In this document: positions 61,080 through 64,000 of the stretch, piece after piece | Layout: every line of letters starts with the position of its first letter | Numbering within the stretch: position 1 is the stretch's first letter | Source: an uncultured Acidimicrobiia bacterium | GTDB lineage: Bacteria; Actinomycetota; Acidimicrobiia; Acidimicrobiales; AC-14 | Assembly: GCA_963773275.1 (NCBI GenBank) | Contig: CAVZAH010000009.1 | Location: forward strand, 865 to 64,864 | DNA: 64,000 nucleotides | Direction of reading: 5' to 3' | Translations under genes and position numbers: made by a program | Notes under the pieces: generated by a model | Databases searched by the model: none | Told to the model about the DNA's origin: nothing | What the model saw: the letters and a program-made list of their open reading frames with translations, nothing else

Positions 61080-62138
61080 GTGACCCTCACGACCGCCCAG
61101 CTGGTCGACATGGGCGACCTCGACGCGCTCCTCATCCGCATCGACCACCTGTGCGCCGACCGTGACTGGCGGGGCGTCCTCGACCTGCGCGACCGCAGTC
61201 GCAAGGCCCTCGAGCGGGGCCGGCAGCTGTGGCCCGCGGCCAGCCACGCCGAGTACCGCCTGGCCCTGGAGGCGCCCGGCCGGGAGGCGGCGGCCATGCT
61301 CGTCCCCGGCACCGGCCGCTTCGCCCTCGGCCCCCTCGCCGAGGTGGCCGCGTCGAGCCACGCGTGGTCGGAGCTCCGACCCCACCTGCCGGGCTCGCCC
61401 GAGGCGGGCATGACCGCCCACGAGCGGGTGGTGCGGGGCGAGGACCTCACCGGCGACGACGGCATCGACCGCAACATCCTGGAGCTGCCGCTCCGCCTGC
61501 AGGAGTGGGAGCCCGACTACCCGCTGGCCACCTACCGGGCCCACCAGATCGAGGTGGCCGACGTCCCCCCGCCCGAGCTCCACCCGGTGGACGGAACGGC
61601 CGCCCCCACCCGAGCGGACGACCCCGACGCGACCAGGGCCCTCGCCGAGCTGGCCATGGCGTGGAAGCAGGAGTCGAACGGGACGGTCGACGTGGTCGCC
61701 GTCGCCGGGGACGCCGCCGACGCGGCCGCCGCCCTCGCCGGGACGCCCCAATCGGGGAGTGGCGAATCGGCCAGTGGCGGATCGGCCAGTGGCGGATCGG
61801 CCAGTGGCGAATCGGGGAGTGGCGGGCTGCGGATGGGGTCGGTGCCGGCGGGGGACGCGCTGGCCGTCATGGCGTGGGCCGCGGCCAGCGGGGGAGCCCA
61901 CGGGCGGCGCCGGGGGATGGCCTACGGACGGTTCTCGGCGTGGTGGGCCGTGGCCGCGGTGGCCGGGAGGCTCGACGACTGGCCGTTCGATCCCGATGCC
62001 CTGGGTGCGGCCGCCACCGACCTGGACTGGTACCGGTGGGCGGCGGGCGCCGCAACCACCGGTTGGTCTCTCCGCCTGGCCGTGGCCGACCCCGGTCGGG
62101 GACGGGCCTGGGCGGTGCAGGCCACCGACCACGTCTGA
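61080..62138 (+). CDS. hypothetical protein with internal Gly/Ser-rich linker encoded by 15-bp tandem repeats
   Basis: GTG start; AGTGGCG(A/G)ATCGG(C/G)(C/G) x5 at 61751-61826 encoding SGESASGGSASGGSASGESGSGG. Confidence 0.45.
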   Translation: MTLTTAQLVDMGDLDALLIRIDHLCADRDWRGVLDLRDRSRKALERGRQLWPAASHAEYRLALEAPGREAAAMLVPGTGRFALGPLAEVAASSHAWSELRPHLPGSPEAGMTAHERVVRGEDLTGDDGIDRNILELPLRLQEWEPDYPLATYRAHQIEVADVPPPELHPVDGTAAPTRADDPDATRALAELAMAWKQESNGTVDVVAVAGDAADAAAALAGTPQSGSGESASGGSASGGSASGESGSGGLRMGSVPAGDALAVMAWAAASGGAHGRRRGMAYGRFSAWWAVAAVAGRLDDWPFDPDALGAAATDLDWYRWAAGAATTGWSLRLAVADPGRGRAWAVQATDHV

Positions 62139-62294
62139 GCAACCCGGACCCCGGTCGTCGCGTGGCCCGTGGCCGGCGGCCGCGATCCCCGTGTGCTGCA
62201 CCGATGCCGGTGCCCGCTTAGGCTGCAGCCGGCGACCGCCCCGTCTACCGCGGCCGCGTCGCCGTCACAGAAGTTCCGTCTGAGGGGGAGAAGC

Positions 62295-62672
62295 TTGGCC
62301 ACAGGAGAGGTGCGGCTGGAGGTGCCGGCGTCGCCGGAGTTCCTCCGCATCACCCGGATCATGGTGGCAGGCGTGGCCAGCCGTCTCGGATTCACCCTCG
62401 ACGAAGTGGAGGACCTCCGCATCGCGATCGACGAGCTGTGCTTCGCGCTCGTCGGCAAGGGCCGCCTGGGCACGGTCGAGCTCCGCTACGAGATGCTGGC
62501 GGACGGCCTGGCGGTGGAGGGCACCGGTCACTTCACCGACGACGGGGCCAACGAGCCGCATCTCTCGCCGATGTCGAACCAGATCCTCGGGGCCATGGTC
62601 GACGAGGTCCAGCTCGGGAGCGGTCCCGACGGGCCGACGTTCCGGATGGTCAAGCGGCTGCGGCCGGCCTGA
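62295..62672 (+). CDS. anti-sigma factor (RsbW/UsfX-like HATPase-domain serine kinase)
   Basis: VRLEVPASPEFLRITRIMVAGVASRLGFTLDEVEDLRIAIDELCFALV; SD GGGGGAG then TTG 62295; stop 3 nt before sigma start. Confidence 0.65.
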   Translation: MATGEVRLEVPASPEFLRITRIMVAGVASRLGFTLDEVEDLRIAIDELCFALVGKGRLGTVELRYEMLADGLAVEGTGHFTDDGANEPHLSPMSNQILGAMVDEVQLGSGPDGPTFRMVKRLRPA

Positions 62673-62674
62673 CC

Positions 62675-63433
62675 ATGGCGTTCGACAGCAAGGAGCGGGA
62701 CGAGCTGCGCCGGAAGTTCCACGAGTACGCCAAGTCGCGCGACCGCTCCCTGCGCGACGAGCTGATCACCGCCCACATGGGCCTGGCCGAGTACCTGGCC
62801 CGGCGGTTCACCAACCGGGGCGAGCCCCTCGACGACCTCGTCCAGGTGGCCGCCCTCGGGCTGCTCAAAGCCGTCGACCGCTTCGACCCCGAACGGGGCC
62901 TGGAGTTCTCCACCTATGCCACCCCCACCATCGTCGGGGAGCTGAAGCGGCACTTCCGCGACAAGGGCTGGGCGGTACGGGTCCCACGGCGGGTCCAGGA
63001 GCTGCACCTCCGCCTCGGGTCGGTGGTGAGCACCCTGTCCCAGGAGAAGGGCCGCTCCCCCACCATCGGCGAGATCGCCCAGGCTGCGGCGGTGTCGGAG
63101 GAGGAGGTCCTGGAGGCCATCGAGGCGGGCCACGCCTACCGCTTCACGTCGCTCGACGCCCCCGCCGGCGGCGACGAGGACGGATCGCTCTCGTCGCAGC
63201 TCGGCTCCGAGGACCAGGGCCTCATCGACAGCGAGCACCGCGTCACCCTGTCGCCCCTCATCGCCCAGTTCCCGCCCCGGGAGCGCATGATCCTGCACCT
63301 GCGGTTCTTCGAGGGACTCACCCAGTCCGAGATCGCCGGACGGCTCGGCATCAGCCAGATGCACGTCTCCCGGCTGCTGGCCCGCAGCCTCTCCCAGTTG
63401 CGTTCGCAGGCGGCCGACGCGACGGACGACTGA
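62675..63433 (+). CDS. RNA polymerase sigma-70 family sigma factor (group 3, SigB/SigF-like)
   Basis: Region 2 LDDLVQVAALGLLKAVDRFDPERGLEFSTYATPTIVGELKRHFRD, region 4 LTQSEIAGRLGISQMHVSRL. Confidence 0.85.
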   Translation: MAFDSKERDELRRKFHEYAKSRDRSLRDELITAHMGLAEYLARRFTNRGEPLDDLVQVAALGLLKAVDRFDPERGLEFSTYATPTIVGELKRHFRDKGWAVRVPRRVQELHLRLGSVVSTLSQEKGRSPTIGEIAQAAAVSEEEVLEAIEAGHAYRFTSLDAPAGGDEDGSLSSQLGSEDQGLIDSEHRVTLSPLIAQFPPRERMILHLRFFEGLTQSEIAGRLGISQMHVSRLLARSLSQLRSQAADATDD

Positions 63434-63436
63434 CCG

Positions 63437-64000
63437 GATGCGGGTCTCGCTGGTCGTCAACCCGTACGCCACGTCGGTCACGGCGAAGCGGAGGGCGCTG
63501 GCGATCGACGGGCTGGCCGCGGGCCACGACCTCACCGTCGTGGAAACCACGTGCCGCGACCATGCCACCGCGTTGGCCGCGGAGGCTGCCGCCTCCGGCG
63601 CCGAGGTGGTCGTGGTCCTGGGCGGCGACGGCACCCTGAACGAGGCGGCCAACGGGCTGGCCGGCACGGACACCGCCCTGGCGCCGCTGCCGGGAGGCTC
63701 CACCAACGTCTTCGCCCGCACCATCGGTGTCGCCAAGGGCCTCGACAAGGCGGTCGACCAGCTCACCGCCTCCCTGGCCGCCGGGTCCATCCGGCGCATG
63801 CCGATGGGTGTCGTCAACGGGCGACGGTTCCTGTTCCACGTGGGCCTGGGCTTCGACGCGGCGGTGGTCGACCAGGTCGAGCGGCGGCCCAACCTCAAGC
63901 GCAAGGTGGGCCAGGCCGCCTTCGTCTACGCCACCATGACCACCCTGGCCCGCCACTTCGACCTGCGGCGGTCGCACTTCACCCTGCATTTCGGGCCGGA
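63437..64000 (+). CDS. diacylglycerol/lipid kinase catalytic-domain protein (YegS/BmrU-like), truncated by window end
   Basis: VVVLGGDGTLNEAANGL DAGK_cat motif. Confidence 0.7.

Overview
High-GC (about 70%) actinobacterial-type chromosomal segment. No rRNA genes or CRISPR arrays were seen. One tRNA-like element was found; it lacks a convincing D-arm. Most of the window is housekeeping and accessory genes. These include Lon protease, a flotillin (SPFH) protein, an S8 peptidase and a Dpp/Opp-type peptide ABC importer (dppABCDF-like). Also present are two HtrA-like proteases under a probable HxlR operator, a CspA-like cold-shock protein and two DrrAB-like ABC exporters. DNA-repair genes include an ATP-dependent DNA ligase, AlkA-like, Fpg/Nei and family-4 UDG glycosylases. 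A SigB/F-type sigma factor sits beside an RsbW-like anti-sigma factor, and a FrhB-like/DsbA-like/TauE module is also present.

The standout locus is a tightly packed six-gene minus-strand operon (16370-22024). It looks like a lasso-peptide RiPP cluster with an atypical make-up. The gene order is PqqD-like B1, Asn-synthetase-like cyclase, a precursor whose leader matches YxxPxLxxxGxxxxxTx and whose core ends in Ser, an HprK-like kinase, a large protein with a possible B2-like N-terminus fused to squalene-cyclase-type QW repeats (apparent frameshift), and a terminal Nif11-domain small protein.

Upstream lie a TacAT-like (DUF1778/GNAT) toxin-antitoxin pair, a large AAA+/LuxR (LAL-type) regulator and an ABC exporter operon. 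Near the 5' end there is a decayed integrative-element remnant. It consists of a tRNA-like 3' fragment flanked by 14-bp direct repeats, an HNH-like gene, frameshifted and truncated tyrosine-integrase pieces, two VapBC pairs and a standalone WYL protein.

Several large genes show apparent single-base frameshifts: the vWA/TSP3 gene, the QW-repeat gene, TauE and possibly dppF. Sequence alone cannot tell pseudogenes from assembly errors. Several structured intergenic repeats and palindromes are reported. Many long Arg/Pro/Gly-rich ORFs in the six-frame track are treated as high-GC shadow ORFs.
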